A DNA stretch of 63,144 nucleotides, counting the filler, from Actinomycetota bacterium (GTDB lineage Bacteria > Actinomycetota > Actinomycetes > JAKEEW01): the NCBI GenBank assembly GCA_046725875.1. It is 5 parts of 5 records of this genome, joined end to end, with 100 filler letters (N's around TTAATTAATTAA, not from the genome) between each part and the next. Parts side by side here need not be neighbours in the genome. Positions count along the whole stretch, not along the records: positions 30,603 to 40,559 come from JBKOZJ010000024.1; positions 40,660 to 50,030 come from JBKOZJ010000027.1; 3 more parts are not named here. The stretch is one strand, 5' to 3'. Positions 31,839 through 41,950 of this stretch are shown in pieces (position 1 is the stretch's first letter; each line of letters starts with the position of its first letter). The notes under the pieces were generated by a model. The model had not been told where the DNA came from and made no database searches. It was given only the letters and a program-made list of their open reading frames with translations. Position numbers and translations under genes: made by a program.

Positions 31839-32828
31839 TCAACGCGGCACGGCAACGGTGGCGAGAACGGTGTCGAGCACACCCTCCGCCGTGGCACCTT
31901 CCAGCTCCGCTTCTGGCCGCAGCTCAATGCGGTGCCGCAAGGTCGGCTTCGCGAGCGCCTTTACGTCGTCGGGCGTCACGTAGTCGCGCCGGGATAGCCA
32001 GGCCCATGCCCGGCTGGCGGCTAGCAGCGCGGTGGCGCCGCGCGGCGACACACCGAGCTGTACCGACGGCGACTCCCTGGTCGCTCGGCAGAGGTCCACG
32101 ACGTAGCCAAGCACTTCTTTACTGATCGTGGTTCCCGCGACACCGGTGCGAGCCGCGTCAAGGTCGGCCATGCCCGCGACATTGCGGACGCCGGCGGCAT
32201 CCAGGTCGTGCGGATCGAAGCCGGCGGCATGCCGGTCGAGGATCTCGACCTCGTCATCGCGGGGCGGCAGCGGCATGGTGAGCTTCAGCAGGAAGCGGTC
32301 GAGTTGAGCTTCGGGCAGCGGATAGGTGCCCTCGTACTCGATCGGGTTCTGCGTGGCGATGACGAGGAAGGGTACGGGCAGCGGACGCGGCCGCCCGTCG
32401 ACTGTCACCTGCCGCTCCTCCATCGCCTCGAGCAGCGCGGCTTGTGTCTTCGGTGGCGTGCGGTTGATTTCGTCAGCAAGCAACACGTTGGTGAAGACCG
32501 GTCCTTCCCGGAAGGCGAACCGCGCGCTCTCCCGGTCGTACACCAACGAGCCCGTGATATCCCCGGGCATCAAGTCGGGCGTGAACTGGACGCGCTTGCC
32601 GTCGAGGTCGAGTGCTCGGGCGAACGCGCGCATGAGCAGTGTCTTCGCCACGCCCGGCACGCCTTCGAGCAATACGTGGCCGCGGCAGAGCAGCGCGATG
32701 ACGAGCCCGCTGACCGCGGCGTCTTGACCGACCACTGCCTTGCCGACCTCGGTACGGAGCCGGACCAACGCATCGCGGGCCGCCGGACCCGGAGCAGGGG
32801 AGTACGGGGAGCCGGCGTCATCGGTCAC
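31839..32828 (-). CDS. moxR: MoxR family AAA+ ATPase
   Basis: GHVLLEGVPGVAKT, QFTPDLMPGD, LADEINRTPPKTQ, TQNPIEYEGTYPLPEAQLDRF. Confidence 0.96.
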   Translation of the reverse strand: MTDDAGSPYSPAPGPAARDALVRLRTEVGKAVVGQDAAVSGLVIALLCRGHVLLEGVPGVAKTLLMRAFARALDLDGKRVQFTPDLMPGDITGSLVYDRESARFAFREGPVFTNVLLADEINRTPPKTQAALLEAMEERQVTVDGRPRPLPVPFLVIATQNPIEYEGTYPLPEAQLDRFLLKLTMPLPPRDDEVEILDRHAAGFDPHDLDAAGVRNVAGMADLDAARTGVAGTTISKEVLGYVVDLCRATRESPSVQLGVSPRGATALLAASRAWAWLSRRDYVTPDDVKALAKPTLRHRIELRPEAELEGATAEGVLDTVLATVAVPR

Positions 32829-34060
32829 TGGCTGCGTACCTCTTTCTCGAGGGCATCGAGCTCATCGGCCAGACGGACCAGCGCTGCCTCGTCCGCCGGT
32901 GTTGCACCGTACAGCAGGGCGTCGACATCCGCGGGCCGCCGCCGGGTGCGCCGGGCAACTGCGTCGACCAGGGCCGACTGTTCCGGTGAGCGGCCGAGTC
33001 CGAGCCACCGTTGAAAGCGGGACCTCGCCGCCGAGCGGAGGACTCCGGCCGCCCGGTCGGTTGCCCGGGCTCGATGGTAAAGCCGGGCCCGGCCTTCGAC
33101 CGCCTCGGCGGCCCGGACCACGACCGGGAGTGGCTCGGTCACGAGCCGGCCGAGTCGGCGCGCCCGCCACAGCGCGATCAGTCCGACCGCGATCGCGAGC
33201 TGGACCCCGCCCCACTTCCATCCGGCCGGAAGGAGATCGACGAGCGAGGAGTCGCCGGATGTCTCCGAGATTTGGGGGAGATACCAGACCAGCCGCGGTT
33301 GACCCCCGAGCAACCACATGGAGAGGGCGGCGTTGCCGTGCTCGTCGAGCCGGCCGTTCGTGAAGATCGCCGCCGATCCCACCACGGTCGTGGTGCTGGG
33401 TCCCGTCCCGACCTGTACGAGCGTCGGGCCGCCCGCCGCGAAGTAGCAAGACCGATAAGAACCGGTCGGGCGCGTCGATCCGGCCGACGGCTCGTACGCG
33501 AGCCCGCCGGCGTCGACACTGCCGGCTGCAACGGCAGCCGGTAGTTCACAGCCAGGGGCTCGCTCGTCGATCGGCGAGTCGCCGGACTCGCGGAGTGGGA
33601 GCCGCGCCGCCTTGAGTGCCTGATCGGTGGGTGCGACGAGCACGCCAGCGGCCGCTGTCTCCAGCAGTCCGGCGAGAGGGTCAGGCGGCACCAGGTCAGG
33701 AACTGTGACCAACAACGTCGTGTCGGATCCGACCGCACGCTCGGCGCCGTCGAGGGACTCGGTAACTGTGATCGCCACCCCCTGGTCGCGAAGTAGCTCG
33801 GCGAGCGCGCGGCCGCCTTGCGTGCTCGCGGAACGTGGGTCGAGCAGTCCAGCCGGGGTCCGTCCGCCAAGGAGGAGCCCGAGCACTATCCCGGTGGCGA
33901 CAACTGCCAAGCCGATGAGAAGCCACGGCCTGACCCGACGCGCCCAAGCCCGGACCTGCTCAGCCGTCGGCTCGTCGCCGGCTGGCCGATCGGGCCCGGT
34001 GGCCGTGAAGTCGCCGGGCCGGCTGCCGGCACGCGGCTCTGCTGTACCTGTGCTGCTCAC
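32825..34060 (-). CDS. DUF4350 domain membrane protein
   Basis: G.RALA.LL...GV, GNAAL, LWRARRLG.LV.EPLPVVVRA.E.VEGRARLY. Confidence 0.88.
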   Translation of the reverse strand: MSSTGTAEPRAGSRPGDFTATGPDRPAGDEPTAEQVRAWARRVRPWLLIGLAVVATGIVLGLLLGGRTPAGLLDPRSASTQGGRALAELLRDQGVAITVTESLDGAERAVGSDTTLLVTVPDLVPPDPLAGLLETAAAGVLVAPTDQALKAARLPLRESGDSPIDERAPGCELPAAVAAGSVDAGGLAYEPSAGSTRPTGSYRSCYFAAGGPTLVQVGTGPSTTTVVGSAAIFTNGRLDEHGNAALSMWLLGGQPRLVWYLPQISETSGDSSLVDLLPAGWKWGGVQLAIAVGLIALWRARRLGRLVTEPLPVVVRAAEAVEGRARLYHRARATDRAAGVLRSAARSRFQRWLGLGRSPEQSALVDAVARRTRRRPADVDALLYGATPADEAALVRLADELDALEKEVRSQ

Positions 34061-34743
34061 CGGCCCGCCATCGGTCCGGCCGATCGCGGCCTTCCGACGA
34101 ACGGGCGGGCGGTGCGCACCGCGTGGTCGAGATCGCCCAGCCGATGATCGTCATCGGGCGTCGCGGGCCGCCCACCGTATAGAACGGAGTCGAACGCCTG
34201 GGCCGCCGCGGCGAAATCGTCGGCCAATGTCGGCAGCATCACGCCGCCGGCCGCGGCCGCCTCATCCGCGGTCCGACCTGGTTGGTCATCCAACAAGCCG
34301 CGCTCTTCGAGGGTACGGACGACCGCCCGGAACCGCTCTCGTACCGCGCTCGCCCAGTCACCTCGAGCGGCAGCGGCATCCGCGTCCGCGCGATACTCGG
34401 TGGCCGGCCACCGTTCTTGACCGAACAGGGACGCCTCCGCACGCGTGGCCGGCCCGCCTCTGATCGGACCGAGCCGCCGCATAACCCCGTACCCGATCAG
34501 GACGACGACCGCGAGCAGGATGACTACGCCATACCATCCGCCGGGGGTGGCCTCTGACACGCGGTCGAGCAGGCCACTCAGACGCTCCAGCACCCAGCGG
34601 ACGATCCGCGCCGGCAGCGAGGGCTGGGCCTCCTGGTAGATCTGCTTGGAGAGCTCGCGCCGAGCGGCCTCCTGGGCATCCTGGCGGTCGATCTGGATCG
34701 GGACGTCAAGGCCGAGCCCCGTCGCGTCCAGCAGCCCGAACAT
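34057..34743 (-). CDS. DUF4129 domain protein
   Basis: A..AARRELSK..Y, AVRERFRA.VR.LEER, GRTADEAA, FD.V.YG; TGATG overlap with upstream gene. Confidence 0.88.
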   Translation of the reverse strand: MFGLLDATGLGLDVPIQIDRQDAQEAARRELSKQIYQEAQPSLPARIVRWVLERLSGLLDRVSEATPGGWYGVVILLAVVVLIGYGVMRRLGPIRGGPATRAEASLFGQERWPATEYRADADAAAARGDWASAVRERFRAVVRTLEERGLLDDQPGRTADEAAAAGGVMLPTLADDFAAAAQAFDSVLYGGRPATPDDDHRLGDLDHAVRTARPFVGRPRSAGPMAGR

Positions 34744-36059
34744 CAGGGACGGGGTGGCTGCGTCGTTTGGGTCCCGGCCGCCCGGGCCAGCTCGATGTCT
34801 AGGCCCTCGCGGCGCATCCGCCGGTCGACGTACAGCAGCGTGGTGACGCCGGCGCTGAACGGAAGCGTGACAGCCGAGGCGATGATCCCGCCGATGTTCG
34901 CGATCGCGACGTCGGAGACGCTCGGGGGGCTGACGTCGGTGCCGGGGAGGTAGTAGCTCGTTCCCATGCCGAGGAGTGAGAACGGGGTCTGGATGATGCC
35001 ACCGATGATCCACGCAAGGACGGCGGCGAGGATCAGAATGCCGAGTGTGCGCCACCAGGTCCCGGTAACGAGGCGGAATGACCGGCGCATCGCCGCGACC
35101 ACGCCCTGGCGCTCGAGGATCAGCGCGGGTGCTGAAATGGCGAACTTGACATAGAGGAAGACGGCCGCGACTGCCCCGGCGATGCCGCCGATGACCGCGA
35201 TCGAAATGCCCAACCCTTCGGCGCCGACAACCGCAATCAGGATGCCGACGATGGGTCCTGCGAAGAAAACCCCGAAGACGGCGACGCCGCTGAGTATCGA
35301 GAGGCCGATCAGCTGGAGGAGATACGGCCGCGCTGATTGCCAAGCCTCGCCGAGCGTCACCGGCTGGCCGAGCACCGCCCGGCCGATCGCGACCGTGAGG
35401 ATGCCGGTTGCGATCAAGGTGACGACGGCGAGGATCGCGAAGGACGCAAGCGCACCGCCGAGGCTAGCGACGGCCGCGTTGAGAACCTCCTCATCCGTCG
35501 CGGTCTCCGGGTCGAGGCTATCGACGTCGCGGAAGGCGACCAAGGTAACCGCGGCGTTGAGCACTGCGGAGACCACCCCGACCAGCGCGCCGACGCCGAG
35601 CATCACCTTTGGGTGTCGGCGCATCGCGGAGATCGCACCGTCGAGGATTTCGCCGACACCTAGCGGTCGCAGCGGGATGATGCCGGGCTTGACTTCCGGC
35701 TCCCAGGCCGGGTAACCCCAGCCTCGCTGACCGCTCCAACCTGGTTGGGACTGCTCACCCCAGGCGACCCCCGGCTGGGTCCACCCGTCTCGCTGCTTCC
35801 AACCACCTGACTGGTCTGGGGGAGCGGCGGTTGGCGGCGGCCCCCAGCCACCTTGCTGGCCGGCCGGGCCGCCTCCCGCGGCGGCGCCGCCGGGAGCGGT
35901 CCAGCCAGGGGGGCCGGACCAAGCCGGTGGCTGCTCCGCCGACCAGCCCGGTTCCGGCATCGGCTGCCCGGCCGAGCCGTCGTCTGGTCGTCCAGCCGCC
36001 GACTGGTCGTCTCGGTCTCCGCTGCGCTCCGGCTCCCTCGGGCCGGTCGTGTCGGCCAT
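34743..36059 (-). CDS. Multi-pass membrane protein with Pro/Gly/Trp-rich N-terminus (MoxR-cluster associated)
   Basis: KPGIIPLRPLGVGEILDGA, RS..LV.G.WWRT, LLYVDRRMRREGLD. Confidence 0.85.
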   Translation of the reverse strand: MADTTGPREPERSGDRDDQSAAGRPDDGSAGQPMPEPGWSAEQPPAWSGPPGWTAPGGAAAGGGPAGQQGGWGPPPTAAPPDQSGGWKQRDGWTQPGVAWGEQSQPGWSGQRGWGYPAWEPEVKPGIIPLRPLGVGEILDGAISAMRRHPKVMLGVGALVGVVSAVLNAAVTLVAFRDVDSLDPETATDEEVLNAAVASLGGALASFAILAVVTLIATGILTVAIGRAVLGQPVTLGEAWQSARPYLLQLIGLSILSGVAVFGVFFAGPIVGILIAVVGAEGLGISIAVIGGIAGAVAAVFLYVKFAISAPALILERQGVVAAMRRSFRLVTGTWWRTLGILILAAVLAWIIGGIIQTPFSLLGMGTSYYLPGTDVSPPSVSDVAIANIGGIIASAVTLPFSAGVTTLLYVDRRMRREGLDIELARAAGTQTTQPPRP

Positions 36060-36370
36060 GCAAGATCCTCTGTAGCCGCGCTTCTGTTAACGTCCGATGT
36101 TTGCTGCTGAGAAGGCCGGTCGGTACTCCCAGCACTGCCGCGTACCCGGCGCCCATCCTGGCATGCCGGACATCTCCGCAGGTTGACGTACTCTAGTCTC
36201 CGCCGGGAGGACACTGATCGATGCGCCGGGCTGTAGGTGGGTTGGATGTTCCGAAGCCGGGCTGGCGACCACCAAGGTCCAGGAATACCGCGCCGGCCGT
36301 TGAAGGGCGGCCGGGATTCGCTGGATGTTGAGTTCGTGAGTTTCTACGAGTTGATGCAACGATGAGGACC

Positions 36371-37048
36371 ATGAAGGGACGCGTACTCGTCGTCGACGAC
36401 GACACGGCGCTTGCCGAGATGTTGGGCATCGTCCTGCGCAATGAGGGCTTCGAGCCCGTCTTCTGCGCCGATGGCGACCGCGCACTGTCGGCGTTCCGGG
36501 AGTCCAAGCCCGATCTTGTGCTCCTAGACCTAATGCTGCCCGGCAAGGACGGCATCGACGTGTGCCGGCAGATCCGGAACGAGTCCGGAGTGCCGATCGT
36601 GATGTTGACGGCGAAGACGGACACAGTCGACGTTGTCGTGGGCCTGGAGTCAGGCGCGGACGACTATGTCGTCAAGCCGTTCAAGCCGAAGGAGCTCGTC
36701 GCCAGGATCCGGGCTCGGCTGCGCCGCACGGAGGAGCCGGCCCCGGAGACACTGCAGATCGGCGACCTCGACATCGATGTCGCCGGCCACTCCGTCAAGC
36801 GGGACGGCCGGGCCATCCCGCTCACACCGCTCGAGTTCGACCTCCTGGTCGCGTTGGCCCGCAAGCCCTGGCAGGTCTTCACGCGTGAGGTGCTGCTCGA
36901 GCAGGTCTGGGGCTACCGGCACGCCGCCGATACCCGGCTGGTGAACGTCCACGTTCAGCGGCTGCGCTCGAAGATCGAGAAGGATCCGGAGCGCCCGGAG
37001 ATCGTGGTGACCGTCCGCGGTGTGGGCTACAAGGCAGGTCCGGCCTGA
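36371..37048 (+). CDS. mtrA: Response regulator MtrA
   Basis: VLVVDDD.ALAEMLGIVL, LEQVWGYRHAADTRLVNVHVQRLR. Confidence 0.96.
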   Translation: MKGRVLVVDDDTALAEMLGIVLRNEGFEPVFCADGDRALSAFRESKPDLVLLDLMLPGKDGIDVCRQIRNESGVPIVMLTAKTDTVDVVVGLESGADDYVVKPFKPKELVARIRARLRRTEEPAPETLQIGDLDIDVAGHSVKRDGRAIPLTPLEFDLLVALARKPWQVFTREVLLEQVWGYRHAADTRLVNVHVQRLRSKIEKDPERPEIVVTVRGVGYKAGPA

Positions 37049-37082
37049 CCTCGTTGATCGATAGCAGCTGGGTGAGGCCGCG

Positions 37083-38801
37083 ATGACCCTTCAGCGAACG
37101 GCGACGATCCCGCTGCAGGCGACCGCGACGGGGTGGTGGCAGACCGTCATCCGGACGCTCGGACGCTGGGGCAAGCGGTCGGTCACCGCGTGGCGGCGCT
37201 CGATCATGCTGCGGGTGGTCGGCGCCACCCTTGCCCTGAGCGTCCTGATCGTGTTCCTGCTCGGCCAGCTCGTCCTCGGTCAGATCCGAGATGGGTTGCT
37301 CCGCGCGAAGATCAACTCAGCTGCGGTCGAGGCGAGCTCCGGCTTCACAGCCGCGAACCAGCGGCTCCTTGTCGCAGCGTCGCCGGGCGAGTCCGACTCG
37401 GCGCCGGGCGAGTCCGACTCACAGAATGCGCTGGCCAACCAGATCGTCACCGACGCCGCGACCAGCGGTGGCGGGCTCTACCAGGTGGTACTCCTCGGTC
37501 CCAACCTGGCCGACGGGCAGGCGGGGGCCATGTGGGCCTCCGGCGGCGTCCTTCCGGAGACCGTGGCCGGCAATGACATGCGCGAGTTTCGCGGCGCGGT
37601 CGGCGCGTCGGGAGTGCCGGCGTACGCGTACCAATACGCCCCGATCAAGTACAAGGACGGCCAGCGCGTTGCTGGGCTTGTGGTCGGCTCCCAGATGGTC
37701 GATGACTACCAGCTCTACTATCTCTTCCCGCTCGACCAGGAGCAGGCGACCCTGAACCTCGTCCGGCAGCGGCTGCTGACCACCGGTGGGCTGCTCGTGC
37801 TGCTCCTGGGCCTGATCGCGTACGTGTTGACCAGACAGGTCGTGAGTCCGGTCCGGATGGCTGCCCGCATTTCCGAACGCATCGCCGCCGGCCAGCTCGA
37901 CGAGCGCATGCAGGTGTCCGGGGAGGACGACCTAGCCCGGCTGGCATCGTCATTCAACCGAATGGCCACCCACCTCCAGCAGCAGATCCGCCAGCTCGAG
38001 GATCTGTCCCGGGTACAGCGGCGGTTCGTGTCGGACGTGTCGCACGAGCTCCGGACCCCGCTGACGACGGTGCGGATGGCCGCGGACATCCTCCACGAGG
38101 CACGCGACACCTTCCATCCGCACACGGCGCGCTCCGCCGAGCTGCTTCAGGCGCAGCTCGACCGGTTCGAGGCGCTGCTGTCCGATCTGCTGGAGATCAG
38201 CCGGTTCGACGCCGGAGCGGCCGTCCTGGAAGCCGAGCCGGTCGACCTCCGCGAGATCGCTGCCAAGGTCATCGAGACCGCGGAGCCGCTGGCCGAGCGG
38301 TGCGGGTCCGTGCTCCGGCTCGTCGGCCCACAGAGTCCGTGCGTCGCCGAGGTCGACCAGCGCCGGATCGAGCGCATCCTGCGCAACCTCGTCCTGAACG
38401 CGATCGAGCACAGCGACGGTCACGACGTGGTCGTTCGGGTCGCCGCGAACGACGAGGCCGTGGCGGTGGCGGTCCGGGACTACGGCGTCGGCCTCAACCC
38501 TGGCGAGGCGTCCCTCGTCTTCAACCGGTTCTGGCGCGCCGACCCGGCTCGGGCCCGGACCACCGGCGGGACCGGGCTCGGCCTGTCGATCGCGCTCGAA
38601 GACGCGCACCTGCACGGGGGCTGGCTCCAGGCCTGGGGGCAGCCGGGCGCCGGCACACAATTCCGAATGACCGTGCCGCAGGTGGCCGGACAGCCGATCG
38701 AACGGTCCCCGATTCCGCTCGAGCCTGCCGACGCCCCGCGCATACACACACTCGCCCAGCTCCAAACGTCCCGGGCGCGCAGCGGCGGTGCGCATGCCTA
38801 G
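37083..38801 (+). CDS. mtrB: Sensor histidine kinase MtrB
   Basis: Two TMs, HAMP, FVSDVSHELRTPLTT, RFWRADPARARTTGGTGLGL. Confidence 0.95.
   Translation: MTLQRTATIPLQATATGWWQTVIRTLGRWGKRSVTAWRRSIMLRVVGATLALSVLIVFLLGQLVLGQIRDGLLRAKINSAAVEASSGFTAANQRLLVAASPGESDSAPGESDSQNALANQIVTDAATSGGGLYQVVLLGPNLADGQAGAMWASGGVLPETVAGNDMREFRGAVGASGVPAYAYQYAPIKYKDGQRVAGLVVGSQMVDDYQLYYLFPLDQEQATLNLVRQRLLTTGGLLVLLLGLIAYVLTRQVVSPVRMAARISERIAAGQLDERMQVSGEDDLARLASSFNRMATHLQQQIRQLEDLSRVQRRFVSDVSHELRTPLTTVRMAADILHEARDTFHPHTARSAELLQAQLDRFEALLSDLLEISRFDAGAAVLEAEPVDLREIAAKVIETAEPLAERCGSVLRLVGPQSPCVAEVDQRRIERILRNLVLNAIEHSDGHDVVVRVAANDEAVAVAVRDYGVGLNPGEASLVFNRFWRADPARARTTGGTGLGLSIALEDAHLHGGWLQAWGQPGAGTQFRMTVPQVAGQPIERSPIPLEPADAPRIHTLAQLQTSRARSGGAHA
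37381..37420 (+). repeat. In-frame 21-nt-period tandem duplication in mtrB
   Basis: CGCCGGGCGAGTCCGACTC at 37381 and 37402 (PGESDS twice). Confidence 0.85.
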
Positions 38802-40559
38802 GAGGATGAAAGTCGGAGGATTGGCCCGCGCCCGCGCAATCGGCGCGCTCGGCCTGCTCCTCGCCGGCTGCGCCAGCGTCCCAACCTCGGGCGGCATCCA
38901 CCAGGAGACCCAGGCAAAGGGCGCCAACGACCCGGCTCAGGGCGGCGTGCAGTTCTATCCGGAGCCGCCCGAAGACGGTGCGACCGCGGACGACATCGTC
39001 AAAGGCTTTCTCGATGCGTCCGGTGCTGTGGAGCCGGCCGCCGAGGGTGTGCCGAGCCTCGCGACCGCTCGCAAGTACCTCGCCCCAGACCAGCGGGAGA
39101 AGTGGGATCCCACAGGCACAGTCACGATATTCAGCGACCACTACGAAACAGTCCTTGAAGACGACGGCGAGACCGTCGTCTTCAAGGCGGACCGGGACGG
39201 CGAGATCATCGACGGCGCATATCGGTCGATCACCGGCACCTACACCCTCATATTCAATGTGCCCAAGATCGAGGTGGCGGGCGGCCAGCCCGAGCACCGG
39301 ATCGTCGACCCTCCGCCCGAGCTGCTGATCTCGAAGAGCAACTTCGACCGCGAGTTCGCTTCGCTGAACCTCTACTTCCCCCGATCGATCCCGGGTCCGG
39401 CAAGGGCGGATCCCACCCAGGAGGTGCTGGTTCCCGACCCTGTCTACCTGCCGAATCGGGCCGATCGGGCAACCCTGCTGGTCCGGCACCTGCTCGACGG
39501 CCCCGCCAGCTGGTTGTGGTCCGCGGTCGAGTCGGCATTTCCGCCCACTACCAAGTTGACCAAGCGAGGCGTAAGAATCGAGGGCGGCCAAGCCCTCGTC
39601 GACCTCACCGCACCCGCTGCCCAAGCGCGACCGGACCAGCAGGAGCTGTTTGCCGCGCAGCTCGTATGGACTCTGGTCCAGCTCCCGATCAGCTCGGTGA
39701 CGATCACAGCCGAAGGCCGGCCACTCGCCCTCCTCACGGCGATGACCGTGACCATGAAACCCCAGCCCGCGGAGAGCGTCGGCGGCGAGTCGTACGCCTA
39801 CGCGCTGCGTGGCGGGCAGCTTCATGTGTTCGAGGGCTTCGGGACGAGCGAGGAGAAGCCGCCGGTGAAGGTCCCCGAGGAGCTCGGCGGCCAGCGCAAG
39901 CTTGCGGAATTTGCCGTCCAGCCGACCACGGGCCCGACCGGCCCGATCGCGCGCATCGACCAGGGGCGGAAGACGCTTTACGTCGCCGATGGCGTGCACC
40001 CTCCAAGGAAGGTCTTCTCGGGGTCCAGGCTGTCGTCCCCAACCTGGGACCAGTTCGGCTGGCTCTGGGTCCTAGACAAGACGACCGGCAAGATCATGGC
40101 GGATTCGCCCAAGCGGCAACGGTTCCGGGTGTCCGCTCCATGGCTTGAAGCCAGATCACTGCGCGTCGATGCGATCGCGGTCTCCCAGGACGGAGCTCGG
40201 CTCGCAATGGTGACCGTGGACCGGGCCGGCAGGCGACAGGCTCAGGTCGCGGCGATCCTGCACGATGGCAACACCGTGCGGCTCGGCGAGCCTCATGACC
40301 TCGCGCCGAGGCTGTCGGCTCGCGACGTCGCCTGGCACGGAGCCGACGAGCTCGTCGTTCTTGGTGTGGACACCGGCCAGCCCCAGGTCTACACCGTCAG
40401 CGTGGACGGCTCCCAGCTGAAGTCCCACGGCTCGGTGGAAGGGTCGCAGTCGGTAACCGCGGCGCCCGACCAGCCGATCCTGGTCGGAACCGCGAACGCG
40501 CTGTGGGAACAGTCCAGCCTGGGCAGCTGGGAGAAGCTGCGGGACAAGATGACGGCCCC
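38794..40559 (+). CDS. lpqB: Lipoprotein LpqB (3'-truncated)
   Basis: Lipobox LAGC ASVP.SG, IVKGFL.A, LVPDPVYLP, GerMN-like region, beta-propeller; follows mtrAB. Confidence 0.9.
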
Positions 40560-40659
40560 NNNNNNNNNNNNNNNNNNNNNNNNNNNNNNNNNNNNNNNNN
40601 NNNTTAATTAATTAANNNNNNNNNNNNNNNNNNNNNNNNNNNNNNNNNNNNNNNNNNNN
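40560..40659. other. Artificial contig linker
   Basis: 44 N + TTAATTAATTAA + 44 N. Confidence 0.98.
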
Positions 40660-40786
40660 GATCGTCGAAGAGGATCACGCCGTTGCACAGGAGGCTCCAC
40701 CCCTGTTCGGGGTGCGAGGCGATGGTGCGTGCAGCGTCGCGGTCAGGGTGGTCGGCGGGTGGGCACGGCGGCTGGTGTGTACACAT
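40660..40786 (-). CDS. DUF5999 family protein (3'-truncated)
   Basis: MC.HQPPCP.AD..DR.AA....HPEQGWSLLCNGV..FDD. Confidence 0.88.
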
Positions 40787-40997
40787 CGCGCACCTCTTGA
40801 ACTCCTCGGTCCTATCGGGTCTTCGCCGCCCGGGGCGGCGCCGGAGTGGTTGGCCCGGTTACATATGAAGACGCTCGCGGACCGCGAAACTAATCCCTCA
40901 AATCGACAGAGATTTGTCGCCGAGGACCTCCGCCGACGTTGATCAGTGTCCGACCGGAGGACGATGAGGCCCGGGAAGGCGGGTGCGGGCGAGCGAT

Positions 40998-41843
40998 TCA
41001 GCCGATGTTGCGAAGCCTGGGGAGCAGGCGCGTCATCTCGTCGGCCCGGGCGAGCGGCCGGTCCGCTGGCAGGATGATGATCACCTCGCCGACGCCGAGG
41101 CGCGCGTACTGCTCGGTCAGGGACAGCAGTTCCTCGTCGGCGCGCGGCCACAGCTGCACGGTGCGCAGGATCTCGGCGGGATCCCGGCCGACATCGGCAC
41201 AGTGCCGATCTAGGACCTGGGAGAGATCGGCCATCTCCTCTGGACTGCCGCCACCATTCCACGCGTCGGCATACTCGGCGGTGATCCGGAGCGTACGCCG
41301 CCGCCCGCTGCCGCCGATCCACAGCGGCGGGTGCGGCTGCTGGACCGGCTTCGGGTTCGACACCGCGTCGATCAGCCGATAATGACCGCCTTCGAACGTG
41401 GTCGACGGCTTGGTCCACAGCGAGAGAATGATCTGGCAGGCCTCGTCCAGCCGGTCAAGCCGGTCGCCCGCGGTGCCGAACTCCAGGCCGAGCATCGTAT
41501 GCTCGATCTCCGCCCAGGCGGCGCCGAGCCCGAACTCGAGCCGGCCGCCCGAGATGTGATCGACGGTCGTCGCCATCTTCGCGAGTACCCCCGGATGCCG
41601 GTACGTGTTGCCGGTCACCATGCATCCGATCCGTACTCGCTTCGTGCCCTCGGCCATCGCGGCGAGATGGGTCCACCCCTCAAAGACGTCGGCGGTGGGG
41701 TCGGGACCGCCGATCGAGGCGAAGTGGTCGAAGGTCCAGCACGTGTCGAAGCCTGCCTCGTCGGCGATCTGCCAGACCCGCCGCAGGTCGGCGATCGTCG
41801 TACGCTGCGGCGACAACTTCAAGCCAATTCGCAGGGAAGCCAT
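40998..41843 (-). CDS. LLM class, probably F420-dependent, oxidoreductase
   Basis: GFD..WTFDHF, YRHPGVLAKMATTVDHISGGRLEFGLGA, PKPVQQPHPPLWIGG. Confidence 0.9.
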   Translation of the reverse strand: MASLRIGLKLSPQRTTIADLRRVWQIADEAGFDTCWTFDHFASIGGPDPTADVFEGWTHLAAMAEGTKRVRIGCMVTGNTYRHPGVLAKMATTVDHISGGRLEFGLGAAWAEIEHTMLGLEFGTAGDRLDRLDEACQIILSLWTKPSTTFEGGHYRLIDAVSNPKPVQQPHPPLWIGGSGRRRTLRITAEYADAWNGGGSPEEMADLSQVLDRHCADVGRDPAEILRTVQLWPRADEELLSLTEQYARLGVGEVIIILPADRPLARADEMTRLLPRLRNIG

Positions 41844-41950
41844 GGAGTAGTGATATCGCACCTACGCCCGCTGACCCAGCCGGTAACCGCAATCACTCAC
41901 CCCGATGATCGCGCAGGTAGCCCGGAGGGAACATCGTCGACACAGGGAGG

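Noticed and set aside
40860..40900. Possible ECF sigma promoter (GGGAT...CGTC, minus strand) before DUF5999
   Set aside because: Motif too short to support without TSS data
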